Below, one piece after another: positions 13,471 to 24,790 of a DNA stretch of 64,000 nt (positions within the stretch are counted from its first letter, which is position 1; each line of letters starts with the position of its first letter). The stretch lies in the NCBI RefSeq assembly GCF_006345805.1, contig NC_043000.1, forward strand, positions 103,478,001-103,542,000. Reading direction: 5' to 3'. The DNA is from Octopus sinensis (taxonomy: Eukaryota). The translations under genes were made by a program, and so were the position numbers. The notes under the pieces were generated by a model. It was not told the DNA's origin. It saw only the letters and a list, made by a program, of their open reading frames with translations, and searched no databases.

Positions 13471-13835
13471 AGTGCGCCGGGCGAAGTGCTTAGCGCTATT
13501 TCGTCTGCCGTTACGTTCTGAGTTCAAATTCCTCCGAGGTCGGCTTTGCCTTTCATCCTTCGGGGTCGATAAATTAAGTACCAGTTACGCACTGGGGTTG
13601 ATTTAATCGACTTAATCCGTTTGTCTGTCCGTGTTTGTCCCCTCTGTGTGTAGCCCCTTGTGAGCAGTAAAGAAATAGGTATTTCGCCAGTCACTACGTT
13701 CTGAGTTCAAATTCCGCCGCGGTCGAGTTTGCCTTTCATCGTTTCGGGGTCGATCAAGTAAGTACCATTTGAGTACTGGGGTCGATATGATCGACTATCA
13801 CCTCCCCCAAATTCCAGGTCTTGTGCCTATAGTAA
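13471..13835 (+). mobile_element. SINE family 2 dimer, preceded by (TAT)n
   Basis: Two tandem cores; second begins at gtatttcg right after gtaaagaaata. Confidence 0.85.
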
Positions 13836-14681
13836 AAAAAAGGATTATTATTATTATTATTAGTAGTAGTAGTAGTAGAGTAGTAGCAGTAGCAGTAGTA
13901 TTTATCTATTTATTTATTTGGTGATAAGGAAATAACAGCGATTTATGCAAGCTGAAATTCCCCCCGAAATTGATAAATTGCTCGTTTGGGGTTTCAAGGT
14001 TTCACTATGCATGGAAAAAACGATTTATTTAACCTAACTATCACGAAACAAAAGATCGAGAGGTTAAATTAATTGAGTAATTTGCGACGAGATTTATGTT
14101 CTAAAGAGCAGAACTATTAATTAATTTGCACATAATATGAGTGTGTTCGGCATTTTAGCTGTCTCGGATAACAGCTATTAACTTTTTCCTCACTTACTAA
14201 ATGCCATGTTTTCATGTCAGCAGTATATTGTCAATCTGGTCATTCTGATTGGAGTTCTCCTTTAATATTCTATAAAATACATACTCTTGAATAATACCTT
14301 CGATACAAGGATGAACGACACACAATCTTTTTTATACTCTTTAATAAAATTGTAGCTTACTGTTTGTCTATGTTTGACTAATAAATATCTTTTAATTAAA
14401 ATTGTCGTATAAAGTAGAACAAACATATAAGTAAATAGATTTAATTAAAGAAACACCCAGAAATATTTTGCAGGAGATTATCAGCTACGATCATAAAGTC
14501 GCGGATTCGATTTTTTGGCCGGGTAGTACGTTGTGTTTTTAAAAGAGGAGCTTCATTTAATGTCATTTCACTCTAATAAATTTTTTCTGCTTAGTGTCAT
14601 TGATCAACTTGATCAACTTAGGTCATTTTTTCCTACATCATTTTAGTTCTACTGATCCATCACCAAATCATTCTCCGTCCC

Positions 14682-14683
<2 letters not shown>

Positions 14684-14739
<56 letters not shown>

Positions 14740-14759
14740 CCTGTAGAGATATGTGTGTG

Positions 14760-14807
<48 letters not shown>

Positions 14808-14809
14808 TA

Positions 14810-14857
<48 letters not shown>

Positions 14858-14899
14858 TATATAAATATATATATAAATATATATATAATATATATATAA

Positions 14900-14952
<53 letters not shown>
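14684..14952. repeat. (CT)n-(TA)n composite microsatellite
   Basis: Direct reading. Confidence 0.95.
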
Positions 14953-14956
<4 letters not shown>

Positions 14957-15513
14957 TAAATAAAACATATGCATATATATATACATATATGTACGTACCT
15001 ACCTCTACATGTATATATACACGCACATATGGGCACAGGACACCAAAAAAAAAACGTCGAACACAATGAGAAACGAAAACATAGACACAAACCCAAGGAA
15101 CTGGACATTTTCCCCAAACAACAAAAAAATAGAGTACAGGACAAATAACACAAGGAAAAAAAACCCTCTTCAGTCGCCATGGTTTCATCTACTCTACGTT
15201 TCGAAGGTGAAGGCGAGACGTATCTTCGATAGAAACTTTCCTTCCTGCGAAAAGCAAATCAAATAAAATTTGAGATCTTTTTGCAGAGGGGTAAAAATGG
15301 TAACAAAAACAGGACAGTAACGACAGTACAAAATATAAGCAGTAAAAGACAGGACAGGTTAAATAACAAGAAGGGCTGTTAAGCCGAACGAAAATATATT
15401 TATATTTATATTATATAGAGGGCATTGCTACACATAAATGCCACACGCTAGGAGGGACTCTTAAAGTCAAAACTACTAAGATAGAAGGAAGTCATTTAAA
15501 AATAGAATTTAAC

Positions 15514-17117
15514 TGTTTATAGTGTTTGTCAGTTGGATTATGGATTTTGAGTGTAACACACGTGTTTTTTGGTTGTCATGGCGGTGCGACGTTTTCCCTC
15601 TTGTTTAATGGAGGGGCGCCGTGTGAGGAGTTGTGAAGGTTTGAATTATTTTTCTTCAGACTTTGTGTCGTCTGAGGAAGAAACGGTAAAATGTTTGAAG
15701 AAAATTGACGAAGTATTGGAAACAAGGAATTATACTGCAGCGACAAAAGGAAAAATGGAAGACATAAGTTTAGAAGAATTGAGCAAGTTCAAGGAAATAC
15801 TCAAAAGGCGGGGAACGATGTGAAGGTGTTCCCCCTCAAAGAAGTGTTAAAGGATAAGTGTTGCTATTTGACTCCCCCACAAGAAGCTTCCGATTTTGCA
15901 AGCCAGCCCCTTGATGGCAAAGAAATATTATTTTTGCCAATTTATATGGGAAAAAATCTATCAAAAGCTTGGATCTGTGGCCTACCACCCGGAGTTGAGC
16001 CCGAGTGGATAGAGGACTCTATCCGCCGGGGTCTGGTTGGTAGCAATACCAAGTTGCTGAGTGTTAAAATGTTGCCTGCGGCTGATTGGGAGTGGTCGAA
16101 AGCTGTTTTGACCCTATGAACCCAATCAGCCGAAAGTCTGGTTTTTCTAGATTTCTTGAGGATGGCCGAGTCCAGGTATCCGGTGATGCTTGAGGGACGC
16201 CCCCACCCAAGTGTCACCTGTGCCTGGAAACCGGCCACATTAAGAAGAACTGCCCCAGGGACCAAAGTAGGATCCTGGAGCAGTTAATGGTGGAATCTCT
16301 CCCTGCCCCTCCAATGGAGGGAGAGAAGCAGAAGAGTGACGAGGAGGTTGTTACATCCTCAAAACGTAAAAGAAAGGTGGACAACAATGGTGACCCACCG
16401 AAAGACCCGGGAGCTGCGAGAGAAAAAGAGGACCCGTTGTGTGCACCACAGGAACCTCAACCTCCCGCGGCCCAGGGAAAAAAGAAAAAACGAAAAAAGA
16501 GAAACGGGACGCCGCCGGCGGATTGTGACACGCAGACGGCGTCTCCCGATCCTCCTCAGGCGGATGTGCTGCCAGGGGTCAAATATGTGGTCCTCTTCCA
16601 CAAAGGAGGGACCATTGAGAACGAAATAAGGAAAATGAAAAGGAGGGGCCAATGGGAGGGACTTCAGTCCTGCACGGAAGACCCTAAGTGGCCTTCGCAG
16701 GTAGCTGCGGAGGTCCTATGGGAAAATGATCTGTGCAGGATCGCGAATTCCTTCCCGGCGGACACCTATGGATTTGTACTTGTGTGGTCTGGCCTGGAAC
16801 CGGCTGAGTGCTTCAATGAAGCAAGAGCGCTGGTCGGCCGGGTGACCTGAACTTTTTGTATATTTTGAAGGAACATTGTATTATATTGATACCTGAACTT
16901 TCTGTATATTTTAAAAGAACATTGTAAGAGGTTTATTGCCTCATTATGATTTGTTGAAAAAAGAACATTGTTTTGGAGAAGCGGAAGTCGGCGGGCGCTT
17001 TCGTCTTCTCCCATCATCATCTTCGTTCCATCACCATCATTCATACCATTAATGTTTATGTCCAGCCCGCAAAGCTACATCTGTGTAATGCCCCTGTGGC
17101 AAATTAGATAAAATAAA
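15514..17117 (+). mobile_element. ORF1-only non-LTR retroelement copy 1 (RRM-like + CCHC knuckle + K-rich + unknown C-terminal domain), disrupted
   Basis: ORFs 15569-15823, 15820-16119 and 16287-16850 join through frameshifts at ~15805 (A run) and ~16202 (C run) plus a stop at 16117. Motifs AWICGLPPGVEPEWI and CHLCLETGHIKKNC (CX2CX4HX4C). ~265-bp 3' UTR ends AAATAAA; no ORF2. 5' boundary approximate. Confidence 0.75.
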
Positions 17118-17272
17118 GTAGCTTGTTAACCAACCACATGGTTTCGGGTTCAGTCTCACTGCGTGGCATCTTGGGCAAGTGTCTTCTGCTATAGCCCCGG
17201 GACAACCAATGTCTTGTGAGTGGATTTGGTAGACGGAAACTGAAAGAAGCCCGTCGTATATATGTATATATT

Positions 17273-17320
<48 letters not shown>

Positions 17321-17532
17321 TGTGTTTGTGTGTCTGTGTTTGACCCCCTAGCATTGCTTGACAACCGATGCTGGTGTGTTTACGTCCCCGTCACTTAGCG
17401 GTCCGGCAAAAGAGACCGATAGAATAAGTACTGGGCTTACAAAGAATAAGTCCCGGGGTCGATTTGCTCGACTAAAAGCGGTGCTCCGGCATGGCCACAG
17501 TCAAATGACTGAAACAAGTATAAGAGTAAAAG
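17116..17532 (+). mobile_element. SINE family 1, headless, abutting ORF1 element copy 1
   Basis: Starts aagtagcttg (no A-box head); internal (TG)n; ends gactgaaacaagtataagagtaaaagagt. Confidence 0.9.
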
Positions 17533-17864
17533 AGTGTACGTTTGCACGACGAAATCTAATTTGCATGTCGTAGGGAAATTTTGATGAAATGAAAATATAA
17601 AGCAGTTACAGACTTGTACACTAAAACAAGGCTTTACATTTTTATCATGAAAAGCTATGGCTATCATTTACTTCTAAATTTAGTAATTAATAAAGTTTTA
17701 GTTAGTGTAAACCACATCTACCTAACCCACGATACATATATCCCCAAAGTGCAGTGCAGTAGTACTGAACTCGCAGTAGGCTTCGTAATCTCACAAGCCA
17801 TGCCTGCACCTTATAAGCGATTATGTATTTTATAATAGAAAATATGTATTTCTTTACTTCTCAC

Positions 17865-18080
17865 AAGGGTCTAAACACAGAGAGGACAAACAAGGACAGA
17901 CAAATGGATTAAGTCGATTATATCGACCCCACTGCGTAACTGGTACTTAATTTATCGACCCCGAAAGGATGAAAGACAAAGTCGACCTCGGCTGAATTTG
18001 AACTCGGAACGTAACGGCAGACGAAATACGGCCACGCATTTCGCCCGGCGTGCTAACGATTCTGCCAGCTCGCCGCCGCC
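17865..18080 (-). mobile_element. SINE family 2, full length
   Basis: ggcggcgagctggcagaatcgttagcacgccgggcg head and tail both present on minus strand. Confidence 0.9.
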
Positions 18081-19264
18081 TTGATATAACAGAAAATATG
18101 TGCATACTCACATGTATGCTTTTGACTGCACGAGGGAGAAGTGTATTGCATGTGTGTGAGAGAAAGTGGGGGGAGTGAAAGGGAGAAAGATGTATAACTG
18201 TGTATAATAGAGGTATGTGTGCGTGCGCATTTGAGTGATTTTTGTCTGAGCCTATTTATATAGGAAATAATTTTGTACTTATATTTACCGTTTTTGAGTT
18301 GTTTTTTATTTTCTAGAATGAGTGATGGTGGAGAGAGTTGTTATTAACTGTTGTAAGGACATCATCCATTTAATTATTTAAAGCAGAATAATTGGATTGT
18401 TTTGTTTGAAGATCTCAATTGCAAAACAAGAACTCAAGACACTTCATAGTAAACATCCATTTAATGGTGGGGTGGGGGGTATCATGAGATATTCTTGTTG
18501 TTGCTGCTGCTGCTGCTTGTTGTTGTTACTGTTGTTGTCATCACGTTATTGATTTTACTTTTTATTTTTCTCCCTTGTAAAATGATCTAATTTAGATGTG
18601 ATCTCAAGGTTACATCAGTGAAAAGACATTGTAAGGGAGAGTTCTATTATTGTTCTTGTTATCGTTAAGCACCTTTAGTCATTTCTGACGAGTGAAAACT
18701 AGGAATCAAAAATGTTCCAACTATAGCTATCCCCTCCACATTTTAGAGTGTCTAAGACTATATTACCGATAGTTGTTTCCTTTTTTTAAAAAAGGGAGTG
18801 AATTTTAGCTGTTATTTCTAGCTGATCTAGCGGCGTTTCGATTCCTTCTCATTGGTGTGAGCCTTTCACTGTTTGATACAGTCACCGTGTATTACTGTTA
18901 CTTGCTCAGTCGACTCTGAAGAAATCTAAAATGAAGCTGAATCTTGGGATTTGAACTCAGATCTTAGAAGACCGAATGTAATGCTTTTTAATCAACATTC
19001 TACTCACTCGGTTAATTATTCAAGTTTTTGGACGTTTACACAACACACCTAACCACGAGCGATCCATCCTCTAAAAACATCTAATCTACGGTATTTTAGA
19101 ATCATCAAAACACATGTTAAAAAAGAGTGTACTGCAAACAAATATAACAAAATCGAAAACTAGCAACGAAGGATTCTGTACGAGAGAAGTAAGAGCAACT
19201 TCCAACACTCGGGCCTCGTGTGGCACTTTATGACTTCTTGTATGACATCATTGTATCTTTTATT

Positions 19265-19905
19265 TTTGACTTGTTTTAGTCATTGGACTACAGCCATCCT
19301 GGAATGCCACTTTGAAAAGGTTTAGTCGAATAAAACGTCTCCAGTACTAGTTTTTTTAAAGCCTGGTATCTATTCCATGGGTCTCTTTGACCGGACCGCT
19401 AGATTACAGGGATGTAAACAAACCAACACCAGTTATCAAGTAGTGGGGCGGAAAAACACAAACAGATACACATGTACATGCACTCACACACATACACACA
19501 CGACGAGCTTCCACAATTTCCGTTCTTACATTCAACAAACGATGTCCAAATGTCTAACAGTTAATGCTTTCAACTGCCTTCCTTACTAAATTTAACTGCG
19601 ACCTTTGCTCCATATTACGACTTAAACTAAAACAATATATTTTATTACAAATCAAAGTTGAATTCGGGAAGTTTTTTTTCTCCAAAGGTTTATCTTTATC
19701 TTTTATCTTTTACTTGCTTCACTCATTTGACTACGGCCATGCTGGGGCAGCACCTTGAGGAACTTTTTGACGAACGAATCGACTCCAGGACTTATTGTTT
19801 TAAAACCTGGTACTTATTCTATCGGTGCCTTTTCCGAGCCACTTAGTTACGGGATGTAAAAAAAAAAACCAACACCGATTGTCAAGCGGTAGTGGGACAC
19901 ACACA
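19265..19905 (-). mobile_element. Two SINE family 1 3' fragments
   Basis: Reverse complement of the ..gcttgacaa..gatagaataagtac..gactaaaac tail at ~19265-19530 and ~19715-19905. Confidence 0.7.
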
Positions 19906-20470
19906 CATGTTCAAATTCCTCCGAGATCGACTTTGCCTTTCATCCTTTCGCGGTCGATAAATTGAATACCAGTGAAACACAGGGGTCAATGTATTTGACT
20001 TGTTCCCTCCTCCGAAACTTCAGGCCTTGTTCCTTTAGTAGAAAGGATTATTAATCCTTTCTACTAAGGCGGTGAAACGTTAGCGCGTCGGGCGAAATGC
20101 TTAGCGGTATTCCGTCTGCCGTTACGTTCTGAGTTCAAATTCCGCCGAGGTCGACTTTGCCTTTCATCCTTTCGGGGTCGATCAAATAAGTACCAGTTAC
20201 GCACTGGGGTCGATATAATCGACTTAATCCGTTTGTCCGTCCTTGTTTGTCCCCTCTGTGTTTAGCCCCTTGTAGGTAGTAAAGAAATACGTATTTTGTC
20301 TACCGCTACGTTCTGAGTTCAAATTCTGCCGAGGTCGATTTTGCCTTTCATCCTTTCGGGGTCGATAAATTAAGTACCAGTTGCGTACTGGGGTCGTTGT
20401 AATCGACTTAATCTCTATTTGTCTTTGTTTGTCCCCTTATGTTTAGCCCCTTGTGGGCAATAAAGAAATA
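19905..20470 (+). mobile_element. SINE family 2 array (truncated unit + dimer)
   Basis: Three successive gttcaaattc..gtcgactttgcctttcatcctttcg cores. Confidence 0.85.
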
Positions 20471-21169
20471 AGAAACGATTATTAATATCTAGGAAAAAAG
20501 GAATGCGAGTCATCAATATGCGAAACTACACTGGAACTAAATTTTTTGAAAATAATCTGATAAAAACTCGAAAAGCTTCAAGTGGTTGGAAGAAATTCAA
20601 CTAGATCCAAGAATTTGGGTATCTCGTTTAAATTTGACAACGCCTATGGTTGACCTTACATTGTGATGGTTGACTAGCATTTCACCCGGTTCCTGTATTA
20701 ATTTTCTTTAATTCAAATAACAGGTCTACAGAGATTGGATGGGTTCTTGCTACAAAAACATTTCCTTTCTTTCCCTGAAACTATGACTGATCCCTTTACG
20801 ATGCCTGTCAACAATTGCCAGTGCTTCCTTTTATTTAGTTTCTGTGCCAACTCTAATGTATACAACAAGAAAACAATACAACAAAAGGAGCGGGAGAGTA
20901 AACTAATTTCTCCATCAACGTCGAATGTCTTTCACCTTTTAAGTGGATAGCATTATCATCAGTCTGTGTCACTCATGCATTTTAAACATATTCTTTCAAA
21001 ACAATATAGCCGTTGATATATTCATCCAGTTTTGACTTTGCTGATATACTTCCTCCTAAAAAGCTAAGTGTCTACGGTCACGATGAAACCATTCATTTCA
21101 GAAATAAAATAGTAGTGTCTGCTTTATTGTGAAATTCGCTCATTAAAAATTATTAAAAAAAAACAATGA

Positions 21170-21392
21170 TATAACATTGGTTTCAAATTTTGGCTCAAGG
21201 CCAGCAATTTCGGGGAGGGGGTAAGTCGATAGTAACGGCCCTAGCATTCAACTGGTCCTTATTTTACCGACCCCGATAACATGAAAGTCAAAGTCGACCT
21301 CGGCGGAATTTGAACTTAGAACGTAAAGACGGACGAAATGCCACCAAGCATTTTGTCCGACGTGCTAACGATTCTGCCAACTTGCTGCCTTA
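21170..21392 (-). mobile_element. SINE family 2
   Basis: Core and head on minus strand. Confidence 0.8.
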
Positions 21393-21429
21393 TACAATAA
21401 TATAATATTGTACCATGAAATCACTATAT

Positions 21430-21780
21430 TCTCTCTTTACTTGTTGCTGTCATTGAACTGTTGTCAAGTTAGGACACCGCCTTCAATGGTTTTAGTCGTA
21501 GAAATCAATTCGACCTCAGTATTTATTTTTGAAGTCTGACACTTCTTCAATGGGTCTCTCTTGCCGAACCACTAGATTACAGAGACATAAACAAACCAAA
21601 GCCGGTTGTCAAGTGGTGGTGAGGGACAAAGACAACACAAACAGACGCAAATAAAAGGCTTTTGGTTGATCCGGGGCTATACTAGAACATGCTTACCCAA
21701 AGTGCCGCACAGGGAAACTGAACCCAGGACCACATGATTGGGAAGCAAGCTTCTTGCCCACACAGCCACGCCTGCGATAA
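21430..21780 (-). mobile_element. SINE family 1 with head
   Basis: Minus strand gcaggcgtggctgtgtgggcaagaagcttgcttcccaatc..ggttcagtttcc. Confidence 0.8.
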
Positions 21781-21901
21781 AAGATAGTCACTTTCTATAC
21801 TTAGATGTATGGACAATAGATACAAAACAAAAAACATGTACTGTTTATAGAATGTGGTATTCTTCATTAGAATAGACAATTAATGTAATTCTAGATTTCA
21901 C

Positions 21902-22120
21902 TAAGGCGGCGAGCTGGCAGAAACGTTAGCACGCGGGCGAAATGCTTAGCGGCATTTCGCCCGTTTTTACGTTCTGAGTTCAAATTCCGCCTAGGTCGAC
22001 TTTGCCTTTCATCCCTTCGGGGTCGATAAATTAAGTACCAGTTGCGTACTGGGATCGATCTAATCGACTGGCTCCCGCCCCAAAAATTTCGGGCCTTGTG
22101 CCTACAGTAGAAAAGAATAC
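21902..22120 (+). mobile_element. SINE family 2, full length
   Basis: ggcggcgagctggcagaaacgttagc head; ccaaaaatttcgggccttgtgcc tail. Confidence 0.9.
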
Positions 22121-22636
22121 TAGACTTCGCTAAAACGAAGAGTTGGTCACGTCTGGAGTGCTTTTGATCGTAGTTTGCTGACCTCGGAATAAACATACTG
22201 AAAATCTAAGTGCATCATAGTCAACTGATCTGTCAAAGATTAAAAAAATAACAACAAAACGGAAACAATTTTAGTAGTTACAAGTATAATTAGGCTAATT
22301 ATGAAAATATTACAGAGTGACAGCCTGTACATGTTGTAATTTGTGCAGGAGAGGTTCAAAATTGTTATATTATTAGATTATATAGATATTTAAACAGTCT
22401 TTTTTTTCAAATGTTGTCTGTGTTGAAGATACTGAAAATGCTATCATACTTCTGGGTTTATGTATTCAAGTGTTTTTTTTTTTTTTTTTTTTTTTTGTAT
22501 AGAACATTGTATATTTTAAGAAAATGAATCGTTATCGCTTTAAGCTTCTGTTGGGTAAAAAAAAATTCTTCCGCAATATTTTAAAGATGACTTAAAAATG
22601 GCAAACTTGCTATCGTTTATTTTCTCGAATACAATA

Positions 22637-22654
22637 CATACATACGTGTCGTAT

Positions 22655-22715
<61 letters not shown>

Positions 22716-22735
22716 CTTCTCTCTCTTGCTCGCTC
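22637..22735. repeat. (CT)n microsatellite
   Basis: Direct reading. Confidence 0.95.
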
Positions 22736-22899
22736 GCTCTCAGACAGCATCTGCTAAACAATAGTAGCAAAAATAAAACAAACTTTGTACTGAAAAGCGA
22801 AGGTGAATAATATCCTACGTGTCGCAGTGAGGTCTGCAGGAAGCATTCTTTCCCTGATGACATCCCATATAACCCTAAAACAGTCTGGTTAACAGCATC

Positions 22900-23855
22900 C
22901 CATAAGCCGGACTAACGTATCTCAAAGAAGACCGGGATATGAAACGCTCAGAATTAAGTGTGCACCAAAATTAAGAAGATACATGGGTATGTTTCCCGAA
23001 GATTTGAAGGAGACAGTCATGTTGACATGAAGTGTAGTCTCTTTTGGACTCGTGTCTGCTACGTCACATCTTACTTCGAAGGCTATACTTTTGGAATCTA
23101 AGAAGAAGAGATTGCTATAAAATACTTTGTAAACAAAAGAGACAGTGAAGTTGCTGGAGCTGCAAGGTGCAACCGAAAATGTACATTATGCCTGATTACT
23201 ATAGAAGACATCAGTGGTTAGCAACTATCTAAAAATGTCATCAATGTACAACTTCCCTATGCTACAAGATGTTGTCGATAAAACTATACAGTGTCATTCG
23301 AAAAAAAGACTGTCCTGGAATAAATATAAGAATCTCCTCGTTATTAAATGCATATACAATCATCAACACGTGGAATATTGTGGGAACATTCCCATCAAAA
23401 CTTCTGTCAAAGTAAATATAATGGGCCGGATATTGTTGTTTGAGACAGACAAGAAGCAGTAAGTACTGTCATAGAGGTCAGCTGCTCTACTAATATGAAT
23501 ATCTCTTCGAAAATCAAAGAGGAGGAGGAGGATAACTAAGGACATCTTCGAAACCCCAAGCTTCTATATCCAGGTTATAAATTCACATTTATACCAATGA
23601 TAATTGGTGCACTTGGTTTTGTGAATAAAGGCTTAAGTGAAAGTTTACATTAGCTAAGGTCCACAGAAAAAGAAAACAACCAGCTAATTCGCACATAGCA
23701 AATACAATCTATAAGCGGAACAGTAAAATTATGCAAGACTTTTCTCAAGTATAAAATGTGAATTTGTTTTTGTTATCTACATTCTCACGACGGAGCTTTA
23801 TATGTTGGTTAGAAACCAGCTCTTCCTCGGAGGAAGATTTCAAATAATTAAAAAC
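22900..23855 (+). mobile_element. R4/Dong-like RLE-type LINE relic, copy 1 (3' portion)
   Basis: Broken frames give FEGYTFGI*EEEIA..KRD, C..C zinc motif, NIPIKTSVKV..NGPDI (RLE PD motif), IIGALGFV and an SISGTVKLCKTFL C-terminus, then a short 3' UTR. Confidence 0.65.
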
Positions 23856-23856
23856 A

Positions 23857-24790
23857 ACCTCCACATCAACAGCATCTATTTAGAACAAAGTGATGGTGGC
23901 AGAGGCATACTGTCAGTTCAAACAGCATTTGAATGTCGCATTGTATCATACAGATAGCACCTGCGGAAAAGTAAAGAAAGAAACGAGTACATTACAAGCA
24001 TATTCAAAAGTAGAACAACACCATCTTTACAATAGGGGAAGAACTCCTGTGTTGGTACTCTGTGTGTACAATAGTCTCACCTGACCCAAAGAAAGTGAAC
24101 TGAACAGCTTAAACAAAAGCTTAGAGGTGCACTCATCATACTAGTAAAAAGCAATGCATGGGTATATATCCCGTAGACTAGAGGATAACAGCAACATTGA
24201 CAGGAAGAGTAGCCTCTCATGTACTTGTGATAGATAAAGTACATATCATCTTGAAGGGTATGTTTTCGCTATCCAGGAAAAGGAGATAGCTACTGAATAC
24301 CGGACAAAGAAGAGAGACAATGATTCCTCCAAATCTCCACCTTGTGATAGAACATATCGGTTATTCTATTTCGGTGTTTAGCATATTATCTATATCATCA
24401 ACAGCTGTTTCAAATGTTTGCAAGATATTACCTACTCTTGAGACATGATATAGATACAAAGTTACATACAATGCTAACTGCAGGAAAGATTTTCCTGAAG
24501 GATACATCAAAGGCATGTCAGAACCAGAATATATTTACACATTTACACAATAAACTTGATATTGTTCTTTGGGATAGGGAACTGAAGTCATGCATCTTTG
24601 TAGAAGCCAGGGGATGTGAATGTACCATCGAAAGTTTTAAAAAAACACATTTATGAACTAATGTGGAACATACAGCTCTTTTACCCCGACTAAAAATTTT
24701 CATTCGTATCTATCATCATAAGTGCATTGGGTTATGTATCTACGAATTTGCACAAAAACCTACGAATACTTGGATTTTTTTAAGAAAGAG
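23857..24790 (+). mobile_element. R4/Dong-like RLE-type LINE relic, copy 2
   Basis: IYLEQSDGGRGILS (RT C-terminal GGRG motif), EGYVFAIQEKEIA, YLLLRHD, HNKLDIVLWDRELKSCIFVE, IISALGYV; multiple stops and frameshifts. Confidence 0.7.

Noticed and set aside
13278-13606. Poly-Y, poly-N and poly-L ORFs
   Set aside because: (TAT)n tract between a Helentron-like end and a SINE.
14649-15188. 179-aa and 108-aa minus-strand ORFs
   Set aside because: (TA)n and (GA)n repeat translations.
15160-15260. Minus-strand CGAAACGTA..CTGAAGAG, PLE-terminus-like
   Set aside because: Motif order and stems do not give a coherent hammerhead fold.
15942-16652. Overlapping ORFs 15942-16265, 16336-16629 and 16359-16652
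   Set aside because: Shadow frames of the GC-richer ORF1 element.
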